DNA of 64,000 nucleotides from a virus (taxonomy: Duplodnaviria; Caudoviricetes): positions 2,984 to 66,983 of the IMG/VR virus record IMGVR_UViG_3300037755_000581; one strand, given 5' to 3'. A program made the translations under genes and the position numbers. Numbering within the stretch: position 1 is the stretch's first letter; each line of letters begins with the position of its first letter. The notes under the pieces are model-generated. The model made no database searches. It was not told the DNA's origin and worked only from the letters and a program-made list of their open reading frames with translations. Positions 18,752 through 27,993 of this stretch are shown here, one piece after another.

Positions 18752-18944
18752 CCCAGCGTGGCTCCGCCTTCTGCTTGCTTGCTCGGCCGATCAGTGTAGC
18801 AGTGATCGCGTCGACGGTGGTAAAGGGCGCCCCATTCAATCGACGAAAAGGGATGCCGGCGCTCTTGAGGTGTCTGATCAGAGCTGCTCTACTAGAAAGT
18901 TTTGCGAGCTTCAGAAGCTCGTCTTCGTTTACGATCGGCCCCAC
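18738..18944 (-). CDS. Excisionase-like small DNA-binding protein (DUF4224-like)
   Basis: 68 aa; ELLKLAKLSSRAALIRHLKSAGIPFRR...PFTT; overlaps the integrase start. Confidence 0.6.
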   Translation of the reverse strand: MGPIVNEDELLKLAKLSSRAALIRHLKSAGIPFRRLNGAPFTTVDAITATLIGRASKQKAEPRWDATT

Positions 18945-18973
18945 GGTCCCTCCGAAGGTAAAAAATTAAGGCC

Positions 18974-20607
18974 TCAGGGTTCCCGAGACAAACGATCAAC
19001 AGCCCACTTCGCCAGCTCGCTCTTTGTCCTCGCCTTGGCCGCCGGGACTCCGAGCGTCCAGGCTAGAGCCTTGCAGTAGCAACGAAGCTCTTGCATCCGC
19101 ATCGAGGTCTCAAGCCACCAAACAACAGAGCCGCCGTGTGTGGCTGCGCGCTCCCGCGAACGCTTGAACTCGTCGAGTAGCGTCTCTGCGCGGCGCGATA
19201 GTGTATCTGCGCTGATTTCAGTCACACGCCTAACTCCGAGAAAGTGATTCAATTAGCGCGGCCTTCGTGGCGAATACGTCATGAACGTCAGCGCGGATGC
19301 CTTCGTTGCCGCCCCAGCCGGCGCCCACCACGCTATCGACAAGGCGGTAGTGCGTCTCCGTGCCTTGCTTCCAATAGCCCATGCTCTCGATCACGGCAAA
19401 CACACGCAGCTCCCGTGGCTTGCTGCCGAGCATCACCCACACCTTGTCGTAGACTTTAAACACGCCTACCTCCGAAACTCGATGCCATAGCGCACGGCGA
19501 GATAGCCCGCGTAGATGAACACGCCGACTCCGTACCAGATCGGCGCAAGCGCGATGATTTGCAGCAACGTGTTCACGATGAGGGCTCCAGAGACTTTGCC
19601 TCTTTGCATTTCGGGCACAGGGCGGGCACGCCGCCGCTCCCACCATTGCCGAAATCGTCTAAACATCGTGTGCTTACCTTTGACCATCGACGTATTTCAA
19701 AAAAGCGTCGTACTTGTTTTTTGCAATCACGACGGCTATGTAGCGTTCGCCCTTCCAAATGCCGTACTCGCGCTCTTTAGCATCGGATTCGACGGTGCCG
19801 ATGATCTGAACCAAGTCGTATTCTTTGAGAAGCTTTTCCCTAGTCATTAATTTTTACCTCCGGGTATGTTTCTGGTCATTAAAGATCGTCTCCGGATTCA
19901 GTTGCGGTGTGACCCGCTCCCAGCGCTCAAAGATCTTTTCGAGCTCGTTTTGAGCGCCGGGCCACAGTCCGTCCCAAGGTCTATCGCGCATTACGTCGGC
20001 CCACACCGTGCTATCTTTGACTTGGTCCCACCATTCATCGACGCTCATTCGCCGGCTCCTTCTTGATCCAGTGATTGTAAATGCCTTGACCCCATGCTGC
20101 GCCGTAAACGAATGCGAGGCCAACGATCCCCCATTGCTCGTTTACGATCCCGGTATAGAACCAGAACGGCTCCGCGGCGAAGCCGCAGATCGGCGCCCAG
20201 CGGCGGACCTTCTCGGGCCGCTGGTTCGTCAGGGTCACGGCGGCAACGCCGAGGCCGAAGATCGCGATCTGGTCAATCATCTGAGTAGCTGCAATCGCAC
20301 CGGCCGGCGCGATTATGTACAGCACAATCGGCAGTGTGCTGGTTGCGGTCGGGGCATCGGTCTTCGTGGTTTGGATCGGACCACATCAAGCGCATGTCCT
20401 CGTAGCAATACTTGCACGGATGCTCGTGGTTGCTCATGCCGTAACCGTCGGCCCCGCCGACGCGAGTGGATCGCGTCTCATTCGTGCGGTCCAACGTGCG
20501 AGGTTGCATTCGTTCCGAATCGTAATTTGTTCCTCGCGAGTGGGCCAGTTCTCGATGATGGTGTCGCACCAAGAGATACTTATCTTCATCGGTATCGGCT
20601 CGTTCAT
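18974..20607 (-). other. Run of small coupled hypothetical genes (18974-19252, 19230-19463, 19466-19687, 19854-20123, 20035-20280 membrane protein, 20273-20437 Cys/His-rich, 20434-20607)
   Basis: Same strand, ATGA/GTGA overlaps and ribosome-binding sites; functions not recognised. Confidence 0.5.
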
Positions 20608-20912
20608 GTCGCGGCTTCGAGCTTCTTGATCGCGTCCGACAGCCGCTGAACCACGTGCGACTTTCTACGTTCGGCCGCGTCGTTCCAAAGAACCATGTCG
20701 ACTTCGTTACGAAAGCCTAGGGCTTTCATCGAGCCGCGTACCAGGCGCTCGAGGCGCCCGAATTCGCGGTAAGGGTCGCTGCCACTAAACCGCAAAGCAC
20801 CCGCCAAGCAATAGCAGGCGTTGTCGGCGCCGTAGCTGACGTAGACGCCCTGAGTCCACCCTTTGCGGATAAGGGTGCGGGTCTTCTTCAGTGTGTCGAG
20901 TAACTTGCTCAT
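20604..20912 (-). CDS. Small early protein, CxxG family
   Basis: Start MSKLLDTL; WTQG...CYCLAGAL...WND motif. Confidence 0.55.
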   Translation of the reverse strand: MSKLLDTLKKTRTLIRKGWTQGVYVSYGADNACYCLAGALRFSGSDPYREFGRLERLVRGSMKALGFRNEVDMVLWNDAAERRKSHVVQRLSDAIKKLEAAT

Positions 20913-21172
20913 TTGATCTCCTTGAGGAAGTCTTTCGCTTCCTTCGTGATGGTCCATCCGCGGCCGATTCGTAACAGCCCGCGCACTGCGCGACTTAGCT
21001 TATAGTCCATAGTCTCGAAGTGCTTTGTTGCCTCGGCATTCGGCACCTTGAGCAGGCGCACGTTGTATTCGTCGAGCACTACGATCGGAGTGTATTTGTG
21101 ACCCGGTGACTTAGTGACTCCGTGGACGATGTCGTACTCTCGCCGATAGCGGACAACGCGATAGTCACTCAT
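20909..21172 (-). CDS. Hypothetical protein
   Basis: 87 aa, coupled on both sides. Confidence 0.55.
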   Translation of the reverse strand: MSDYRVVRYRREYDIVHGVTKSPGHKYTPIVVLDEYNVRLLKVPNAEATKHFETMDYKLSRAVRGLLRIGRGWTITKEAKDFLKEIK

Positions 21173-21579
21173 ACAACCGGCTCCGGAGGGGCAAGTGACT
21201 TAGCGACCCAGTTACGGACCCAGAGCCACCGCTTCTCTGGTGTATACGCGAAGTACCAACCGTCGTCATTCATGAACTCGATCTCTTTGACGAGCGCCGG
21301 GGCGATGCCGAATGTCTCTCCGATCTGGTCGGCGTTCTCGGCGTTGAGCTCGCTCATGTCGATGCCGCGAGCAACTCCTACGGAACCGATCGCGCAGACT
21401 TCGCCCTGATGTTCGAGCTCGTCGGTAATGAGGCGCTTTACGGGCATCGCGTCGAGGACTGTGAGCATCTCGCGCAGGAACGCCTGGCCTCGTTTGCCGC
21501 GGATAGCGCTTGCCACTGCGCCGCGCCACATGATGAGGCCCCAGCCGCCGCAGTCGTCGCTGTATCCTGACCGGCTCAT
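21169..21579 (-). CDS. Conserved phage protein (MSRSGYSDD type)
   Basis: GKRGQAFLRE...VCAIGSVG...EIEFMND...RWLWVRNWV. Confidence 0.6.
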   Translation of the reverse strand: MSRSGYSDDCGGWGLIMWRGAVASAIRGKRGQAFLREMLTVLDAMPVKRLITDELEHQGEVCAIGSVGVARGIDMSELNAENADQIGETFGIAPALVKEIEFMNDDGWYFAYTPEKRWLWVRNWVAKSLAPPEPVV

Positions 21580-21878
21580 AGGTCGAGCTTCCAACGCAGC
21601 CACTTCATCACGTGGTCCCATCGCTCTTTGGGCGTAGCTGTCGGGGGGACGGAATCATTGACCGTGGCGATCTGATCGACGAGCCACGTGTTCACGGACC
21701 CGGTGTTGTCTGTCCAAAAGCACCCCATTGCGCAGTGCTTGCCCTCGCCGTCATGGAGTTTCCCGTGAGCCAGAGAACGGCGCCGAGCCACGGCTTTGTA
21801 AATTCGACGCAGAGCAGTGTAGTCATCGAAGAGGGCCGCCCATGATCCATCTTTGCATTCTGGTCGTAATCTGCTCAT
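21576..21878 (-). CDS. Small early protein, CxxG family
   Basis: HCAMGCFW...VND motif. Confidence 0.5.
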   Translation of the reverse strand: MSRLRPECKDGSWAALFDDYTALRRIYKAVARRRSLAHGKLHDGEGKHCAMGCFWTDNTGSVNTWLVDQIATVNDSVPPTATPKERWDHVMKWLRWKLDL

Positions 21879-21888
21879 TGTTCCGTCC

Positions 21889-22569
21889 TTAGAACGTGCT
21901 GAAGGAAATGTTCTCGGTCGAGAGGCCGAGCTGCTTGTAGCCGGCCTGCACGATCAGTGCTTGGCTGACAGCGTCACTAAGTGCATTGTGCTTAGTGCCT
22001 GATGCGAATTTCGGAATGGAATCTGGTCCGTTCGGCCACGCTAAGTCCTTCAGTGTTCGCACGTCGCGGTACTGGAAGAACTTGAACGGGAAGACCTCGC
22101 CAACTTGGCGGCACGCGTGCTCGAGGATCGTGCAGTCGAAGTTCGGGCTGTTCGCCCAGATCGTCGTGGCAATCGGATACTGCGAATGGCCGGCGAAGAA
22201 CTTGTCGTCACCCTTGACCCAGCGATGCACGGCGTACTGCCGCAGCTCTTCGAGGGCGGTCTTGAGCGATACGATCTCGCCGGTGACGAGTTCCTTGATG
22301 GCTTTGTCGTCCTGCTCGAACCACCACTTGATGGTGTCGGGGTCGACGGTGCCGTGTGTGAGCGCGTCGTTCATTGAGACGCGTCGGAGGAGACCGCGTC
22401 GCTCGAGCGCGCCGACGTCGTCCTGCTTACGCGGGTCGAAGAGCACGGCGCCGATCGTCAGCACCGCTGAGCGCGGGCACGTGCCGAGTGTTTCTATGTC
22501 GGCCATCAGATGGGTGTTGGTCGGCGTAAGCTCGGCCTTCGTGGCCGGCGGGGCGAAGATGGCACTCAT
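21889..22569 (-). CDS. DEDD 3'-5' exonuclease (RNase AS / exonuclease VIII-like)
   Basis: LMADIETLG, WANSPNFD, RDVRT, HNALSDA. Confidence 0.8.
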   Translation of the reverse strand: MSAIFAPPATKAELTPTNTHLMADIETLGTCPRSAVLTIGAVLFDPRKQDDVGALERRGLLRRVSMNDALTHGTVDPDTIKWWFEQDDKAIKELVTGEIVSLKTALEELRQYAVHRWVKGDDKFFAGHSQYPIATTIWANSPNFDCTILEHACRQVGEVFPFKFFQYRDVRTLKDLAWPNGPDSIPKFASGTKHNALSDAVSQALIVQAGYKQLGLSTENISFSTF

Positions 22570-22802
22570 TGGTAAGCCCCCTTTGCGCAGATTTCGATCC
22601 AGTATTGGCAGCGCTCTTGAGTTGCGGCTTGGCCCTGGTTGCCACCAAACGCAGACTCCCAGCGGAAGCCGTTGTTGATGGGGATAATCTTGCCGAGGTA
22701 GACCTTCGGCTCACGCATCGTGCTCAGTGCGATCGACTTGTCGCGCACGTCGAAAACCAAAATGTCTGTACTTTCCGGGGTTTCTTTACTGAGTCTGATC
22801 AT
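22566..22802 (-). CDS. Hypothetical protein
   Basis: 78 aa between the polymerase and exonuclease genes. Confidence 0.5.
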   Translation of the reverse strand: MIRLSKETPESTDILVFDVRDKSIALSTMREPKVYLGKIIPINNGFRWESAFGGNQGQAATQERCQYWIEICAKGAYQ

Positions 22803-22807
22803 GGTTC

Positions 22808-24733
22808 CTACTTCGAATAAAAGGTGGCATAAGCACCTTCCGCGTTGAGCGGGATGTTCGTGTACGGGAGATTCGTGCGGAACGTCTCGACCGCGAATGC
22901 CAGCGCCTCGGCGGCTTCTTCCTTACGGGCGAGGAAGCCGCCTTCATCGTGTGTCGATAGCACCCATCGGTAGCGTTGAGCAACCGTGCTGCACTGCGTT
23001 GCGACGATATCGCGGGCAATCTTCTGGGCGAGGTTCTCGGTGAACAATCCGCCGTAGATCTTCTTCCAGACGTACTTGCCCTTCTTCTGCGACTTGTAGA
23101 CGTAGTCACCTTCGTCGCAGGTGAGCTCGGCATAACGCAGGAAGGTACCGTTGGGGAAGATCACCTTGCCGACTGCCGGGTCGAGCGTAACCATCCCGTC
23201 CATGAACTCGCGGCGTTCGTCACCGTGCGTTAGGTACTCGATCATGCTGTCCGCGTACTGCCAGAACCCGCCATCGGTCTTCCGGAGCATCGGATCGTAG
23301 ACGCCGCAGATCTTGTCGTTCGCGCCGCGGTAGATCTTCACGGCGCGATCAGCGAACTCGAGCGTGATCGGCATTGCGCGGCCGCGGGCGCCGGTTACGA
23401 TCTCGTTGTGGAACTTCGGAGCCCCCATGCCGTAGCCGAGGCCGAGCACCATGGTCTTGCCCATGAACCGCTCGTCGCTGTCTTTGTCGTAGGGTCCGCC
23501 GCCAAACACCAGCATCGCCATGTGGTTGTATGGGTCTTCGCCGTTCAGGAACATCTGAAGCAAATCTTCCTGGCCAGCAATCGAGGCGAGCGTACGGCAC
23601 TCGATTTGCGCGCTGTCGACGACGACGATGACGTAGCCCGGCGGCGCAATGAGTGACTTACGGAGCTTACTCTTACGGTTCCACGCCTGGATGTTGACCC
23701 GATCACCGCCGGCCCAGCGCATCGTATGCGCGCGCGAGTAGTGCAACGCGACGGGGAAGAACTCGGTCCCCGTGGTGCCGGTCCTGATAACGCGCGTCGT
23801 ACGAGTGATGATCGTAGGCGACTTTACTTCCTGCCGAGCCAGGACGAGGTTGCGCACACTCTCGTCGGTGTGGCTCTTGAGCTTCGCGAATTCCTTGTCG
23901 GTCTTCGCGAACGCATATGTGAGTTTGCCAGTCTTCTTGCTGACCTTCTGCGGGATCCAGCCGAGCTTGCCCTTGAGCACGGAGGCAAACGTGCCGTTGC
24001 TACCAATCTGCTTGTCAGTGAGCCCCGTGGCCGCGATCAGTGTTGCGCGCTTCTCTTCCGCCTCGGCGAGCGCCTCGTGGGCCATCTTGAGGTCAACGCG
24101 TAAAACTGGGTTAGCATACATCATGATCGTGTGATTCATGATTTGGTGCTCGGCCTGTGGCAGGCTCGGGGCCAGCGCGTTGTACAGCGGCTCCGTGAGC
24201 GCGATGTCGTGGTTGCAGTAAGCGGCGAGCGCGGTCCACTGTTCTTCAGTCAGGTCCTTCGCCCGTAGCCCTTTGAACTTGTGGAGCTCGTCGAGTTTCT
24301 GGCCGATGCCGAACATCCGAGCGAGCGTATCAAGGCCGACTTGGACCGAGCCTTGGAACAGAGCTTCGGCGCAAGCCATCGTGCAGAAGTACGCGCCGGG
24401 GACGACGCCGAATTTTTCGAAGTTGATGATCCCTTCAAGCATCGCGTTGTGCGCGACGACACGGGTGTTCTTCCAGTCAACGTCGCCGTAGACGTTCTTG
24501 AGCTCGCCCGCGCGATAGAACCGCGGCTTCGGCTCGTCTTCCCACTTCAGTGAGGCGCCGAATAAATCGAACGCTGGATGCCGAATCAGGTCGGTCATCG
24601 AGAGTTTCGTATTGCGCAGCGAGAGATTCAACGTCTTCGGCTTTTTGGGCTTGCCGCGCTTGTTGAGCTCAACCGGACCGTCGATCTCGACGGGCCCGTA
24701 AAAAAATTCATAGTCTTGGAACAGCGTGCGCAT
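22808..24733 (-). CDS. polA: Family A DNA polymerase (Leu762 variant)
   Basis: Likely start ATG 24733 (TGATG overlap); exonuclease QDYE/AHNAMLE, motif A DSAQIE, motif B RFMGKTMVLGLGYG, motif C HDE. Confidence 0.9.
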   Translation of the reverse strand: MRTLFQDYEFFYGPVEIDGPVELNKRGKPKKPKTLNLSLRNTKLSMTDLIRHPAFDLFGASLKWEDEPKPRFYRAGELKNVYGDVDWKNTRVVAHNAMLEGIINFEKFGVVPGAYFCTMACAEALFQGSVQVGLDTLARMFGIGQKLDELHKFKGLRAKDLTEEQWTALAAYCNHDIALTEPLYNALAPSLPQAEHQIMNHTIMMYANPVLRVDLKMAHEALAEAEEKRATLIAATGLTDKQIGSNGTFASVLKGKLGWIPQKVSKKTGKLTYAFAKTDKEFAKLKSHTDESVRNLVLARQEVKSPTIITRTTRVIRTGTTGTEFFPVALHYSRAHTMRWAGGDRVNIQAWNRKSKLRKSLIAPPGYVIVVVDSAQIECRTLASIAGQEDLLQMFLNGEDPYNHMAMLVFGGGPYDKDSDERFMGKTMVLGLGYGMGAPKFHNEIVTGARGRAMPITLEFADRAVKIYRGANDKICGVYDPMLRKTDGGFWQYADSMIEYLTHGDERREFMDGMVTLDPAVGKVIFPNGTFLRYAELTCDEGDYVYKSQKKGKYVWKKIYGGLFTENLAQKIARDIVATQCSTVAQRYRWVLSTHDEGGFLARKEEAAEALAFAVETFRTNLPYTNIPLNAEGAYATFYSK

Positions 24734-25035
24734 CACGCCTCTGCGTAGATAAGTTCTTTGGGTATGCCGAACTTGTGCTCGACCCAATAGGCCAGAACTT
24801 GTTTGTGGCTGTGAATCGCGTTGACCTCTTGGCTGCGCGGACAATCTTTGGTACGCGCCGCGTTCCTGATCACGCGTCCGTCTGGCAAGATCAAAGTGAT
24901 TGCCGTTCCGACGTCTGCGCCCCTGTCGAACCGCCGCGTCTGCCACGAAAATACCGGCCGGGCCCTTGTTGGGCCCGGCAATATGAGGGCTACGGCGGCA
25001 CCTAGTGATACTGTGATGAAGCCGCGTCTATTCAT
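24733..25035 (-). CDS. 100-aa protein with a twin-arginine signal
   Basis: MNRRGFITVSLGAAVALILPGPTRA; ATGA-coupled to the HD gene. Confidence 0.5.
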   Translation of the reverse strand: MNRRGFITVSLGAAVALILPGPTRARPVFSWQTRRFDRGADVGTAITLILPDGRVIRNAARTKDCPRSQEVNAIHSHKQVLAYWVEHKFGIPKELIYAEA

Positions 25036-25649
25036 TTCGCCACCTTGAAGTTCTTCCAGACTGTCATTGGCCGGTTGAAGTGGTACAGCCAGTTCTCTTT
25101 CGCTGCCCGCCAATCGAGAGGTGCCAACAACAAGAGGAACTTCTCTCGTTGTGACAGCGCAATCTTCCGGAGCCCCGTAGGGTCGTCGAACGTCGTGCCA
25201 CGATGCGGCAGGAGATCGTAGCCCTCCATGAATAGTGCGAGCTTGTCAGCAAGCTCGCAGTCCTTCGACTTCTCGAACGGAAGGCCGGCCCAAACGCGAA
25301 TGCGGCCGCACAGATCCTTCTCGAGCTTAGTGTAATCCGGCAGCATCTTTTTGATTGGTGTCGGCATATCGAGCACGAAGCTCTCGCTGGCGTCGTGCAT
25401 GAGGCCTTCGAACGGGTTACCGCCGTTGTAGTCCATGATGTGCGATACAAGCACGGCGTGCTGTGCGACGGAATAGAAGTCGCGGCACTGGCCGCCAAAG
25501 CGGCACGTGAGGGCGCCGCTATGGGCGATTGTCACCGGATTGAACGTCGTCTCCGTTTCCGGATAGAAGACCGAACCATCGGAGAGCTCGATGTATTTAT
25601 GCGGCTCGGGAGCTGACGGGGTCGAAATCGGTTTCGGCGTTGCTGTCAT
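25032..25649 (-). CDS. HD-domain 5'-deoxynucleotidase (YfbR-like)
   Basis: RFGG...YSVAQH...LMHDASE...ADK. Confidence 0.8.
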   Translation of the reverse strand: MTATPKPISTPSAPEPHKYIELSDGSVFYPETETTFNPVTIAHSGALTCRFGGQCRDFYSVAQHAVLVSHIMDYNGGNPFEGLMHDASESFVLDMPTPIKKMLPDYTKLEKDLCGRIRVWAGLPFEKSKDCELADKLALFMEGYDLLPHRGTTFDDPTGLRKIALSQREKFLLLLAPLDWRAAKENWLYHFNRPMTVWKNFKVAK

Positions 25650-25824
25650 GGGTGTTGATCTCTTGGATGGATAGGAGATACGGCGGAGCCATCTCTCCGT
25701 CTGGGCGTTTTACGGAGGTGTAGCGGTCTCGTTCGTTTTTCGCGATGAGTTCTGCCGCAGCCAAGTCGTCAGTCTCGATTGGCAGGAGAACGGGGACCAT
25801 GATGATCGCGTGGTACTCCTTCAT
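25597..25824 (-). CDS. Hypothetical protein
   Basis: 75 aa, coupled to the kinase gene. Confidence 0.5.
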   Translation of the reverse strand: MKEYHAIIMVPVLLPIETDDLAAAELIAKNERDRYTSVKRPDGEMAPPYLLSIQEINTHDSNAETDFDPVSSRAA

Positions 25825-26378
25825 AGCGAGTGACCCGCTATGAGCTTCGCATGGATCTCACTGTAGATCTGTGCTTCGAAGTCTTCTTGCGCGCCGTGAT
25901 TGACGAGCGTGAAGTCGATCAGGGACGAGCGGATGCCGGCTTCGCTAACGTGGGAAGCGATCGCGGGCGCATCGGTGCGGACGATCTCAATCACTAAGCC
26001 ACCGCGTTGCTGGATCCAGTGCGCCTCGTTCTCGAAGCGAACGTCGGTGATGACGACGCGTGACGGGCTGAATCTATGCAGCTCGTTGAGCCGTGATTCC
26101 ACGACGTCGATCCAAAAGTTGCTGCTGATTTGGTCACGACCCCATTCGGTGCCGAGTGTCTGAGCAAGTAGGCGCGGGGAGTATTGCCGGCCCGGGAGAT
26201 TCCGTTCCTTCCACTCGCGGTCCTCCCACTTCTCGAGTGGCCAGTAGAACATGGCGCTCAGGGCCGCTTTGATGGGATCTGCAAAACTGAAGCGTTCGAA
26301 GCCGAGATGATCGACGAGGACCGCACCGGCGGTGTCTTTGCCGACGCCAGCTTTTCCACAAAGTCCTACTAGAAACAT
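25821..26378 (-). CDS. Deoxynucleoside monophosphate kinase
   Basis: GLCGKAGVGKDT P-loop, SFADPIK, RLLAQTLGTEWGR, VITDVRFENEA, HVSE. Confidence 0.85.
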   Translation of the reverse strand: MFLVGLCGKAGVGKDTAGAVLVDHLGFERFSFADPIKAALSAMFYWPLEKWEDREWKERNLPGRQYSPRLLAQTLGTEWGRDQISSNFWIDVVESRLNELHRFSPSRVVITDVRFENEAHWIQQRGGLVIEIVRTDAPAIASHVSEAGIRSSLIDFTLVNHGAQEDFEAQIYSEIHAKLIAGHSL

Positions 26379-26418
26379 CCGTGTTTCCTTTCTTGTTATG
26401 GCCAGAATTCTAAGAGCG

Positions 26419-26656
26419 GGCCCGTCCCGGACCCACTGTGTTTTTCACCAGTAGTTTACGGATACCGCCGCGAGCGATGGTCCCCTTCACCTTTCGGTTG
26501 GGCCCGGCCACGCCGGAAGCGGTTGGAACGCCACCGCTTGCCGTTACCGGTTATTCCCTGCGCTTCGAAGGTTGAGGCCGGAGCACACCTGCCATCGCCC
26601 CCTCCGGTCGTTTGCCTTGCAGCTGCCGCGCCAGTCTGCAAACTTCGCGACGGGCC
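26419..26656 (-). ncRNA. Candidate structured ncRNA (~240 nt) with a closing helix and a pseudoknot
   Basis: Fills a ~290-bp intergenic gap; helices listed in findings. Confidence 0.5.
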
Positions 26657-26666
26657 GTTGACAAAA

Positions 26667-27832
26667 CTATTCGATTCTCGGCTCTCCGACGACAACGTAG
26701 TCTCTCGACACGAAGTCGAAGAACGTCATCGCGGCGTCGTTGCGAGCCTGGACCTCGGCATCTGTGAGCTCGAGGTAGTACATGTCGATCTCTTCGGGCG
26801 ACGATTCGTCGCCGTCGAAGTACTCTTTAGCATCTGCGTCCGTGAACCACTCGGCCTCGTACTCGGTGTCGCTGTTGGGGCCGAGCATGGGGCGGAATTT
26901 GATGTAGGCCATCAGCGTTTCCTCCGCTTCAAGAATTTTGCCCAACGCTCGTCGTCCTGTGTGCAGCAGCAGATAAGCGCTTCGCGGGCGAACTCGTCGC
27001 CATGAGCGGCCTCTTTGCACGCCTGCCGGACGGCGTCATGGTCGTCGTCGTACATACCGGCTTCGTCGTCTCTTTGAATCACGAGGCCGTAACCAGATAT
27101 GAACACGTCCCAGCCGCGAATCTCTTCATCTTCGTCGCTCATAGTTCGTGATGCTCGCTCTTCGTTTCCCAGATGTGATGGTCGTAGTCAATGACAATTC
27201 GACCGTCTGCGTAGAATTCGACGGTGCCTTCGCCGAGGTCGTGTTCCCAGCCCGGAATCGCTGCGGCAAGGAAGCGGTACGTGGCAGCCTCGAACCAATC
27301 GGCTAGATTTCGCCCTTCCGAGGTGCAAGCGCTGGCAAATTGTGTAGAGAGGTGGGCGTGTTTGCCGAAGGCCATCGGGGTCTCGACCCAGCCCTTGCCT
27401 TCGCCATCACCGGTGTAGTCGACGTTGACCTCGATAATGTTGAGCTCTTCAAAGCACGGGGCTATCTTCTCGCGGAACTCCGCTTTGATCTGCTCGATTG
27501 ACGCGATGGGCGAGATTGCTGACCATTTGATCACTGCTAAATTTGCGTCCATCTTTCCTCCGACAGTTGAGTTGTATATACGTGATCAACGCGATTGGCT
27601 TTGGTCGTTCGTAGATTACAAGCGCTTTTGTTTCCTGTACGAAGCTCGCGATCGCTCGCGACTTCGCGTTCACGAAGTGGCAGGCGTTGCCGTACGAATC
27701 CTTGTACTGGTTCACGACGGGGTCTCTGCCTACATTCTGCTTCGTGGTAGCGACGATCTCCCATTCGATCCCAAGACGGGTTAGCAGGGCTTCGGCATCT
27801 AATACGGAATTGACTGGGTGAATTTTGTTCAC
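26667..27832 (-). other. Four small early genes (26667-26912, 26912-27142, 27139-27552 DUF6878-like, 27449-27832)
   Basis: Coupled starts and stops, acidic compositions; VNVDYTGDGEG motif in 27139-27552. Confidence 0.5.
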
Positions 27833-27993
27833 TATCCATCCTTGGAGGTGTGAATCTTGTTATGCGGCGGATGGCCCAATTAGCCGGGCTATGTCCTATC
27901 GGTCTGCCCCGCCGGCGTCACACACATCGGGTCTGTTTCTCGCTGACGCCGCCGCTCGCCTGCTGGAGGTTTCCGGGGAGACCAGGAACCGCC

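Noticed and set aside
22808-26378. Z-base (2-aminoadenine) genome pathway
   Set aside because: HD hydrolase, kinase and PolA are present, but no PurZ/adenylosuccinate synthetase-like gene is visible.
26555-26615. c-di-GMP-I riboswitch (GGCAAAC...CTCCGGCCTCAAC resembles part of the motif)
   Set aside because: The GNRA-capped P2 stem and the GACGCAAAG junction are not properly formed; only an Rfam search could rescue this call.
26419-26656. RNase P RNA or group I/II intron
   Set aside because: The conserved GAGGAAAGUCC/CR-V, P7 and domain V signatures are absent, and the flanking genes are not interrupted.
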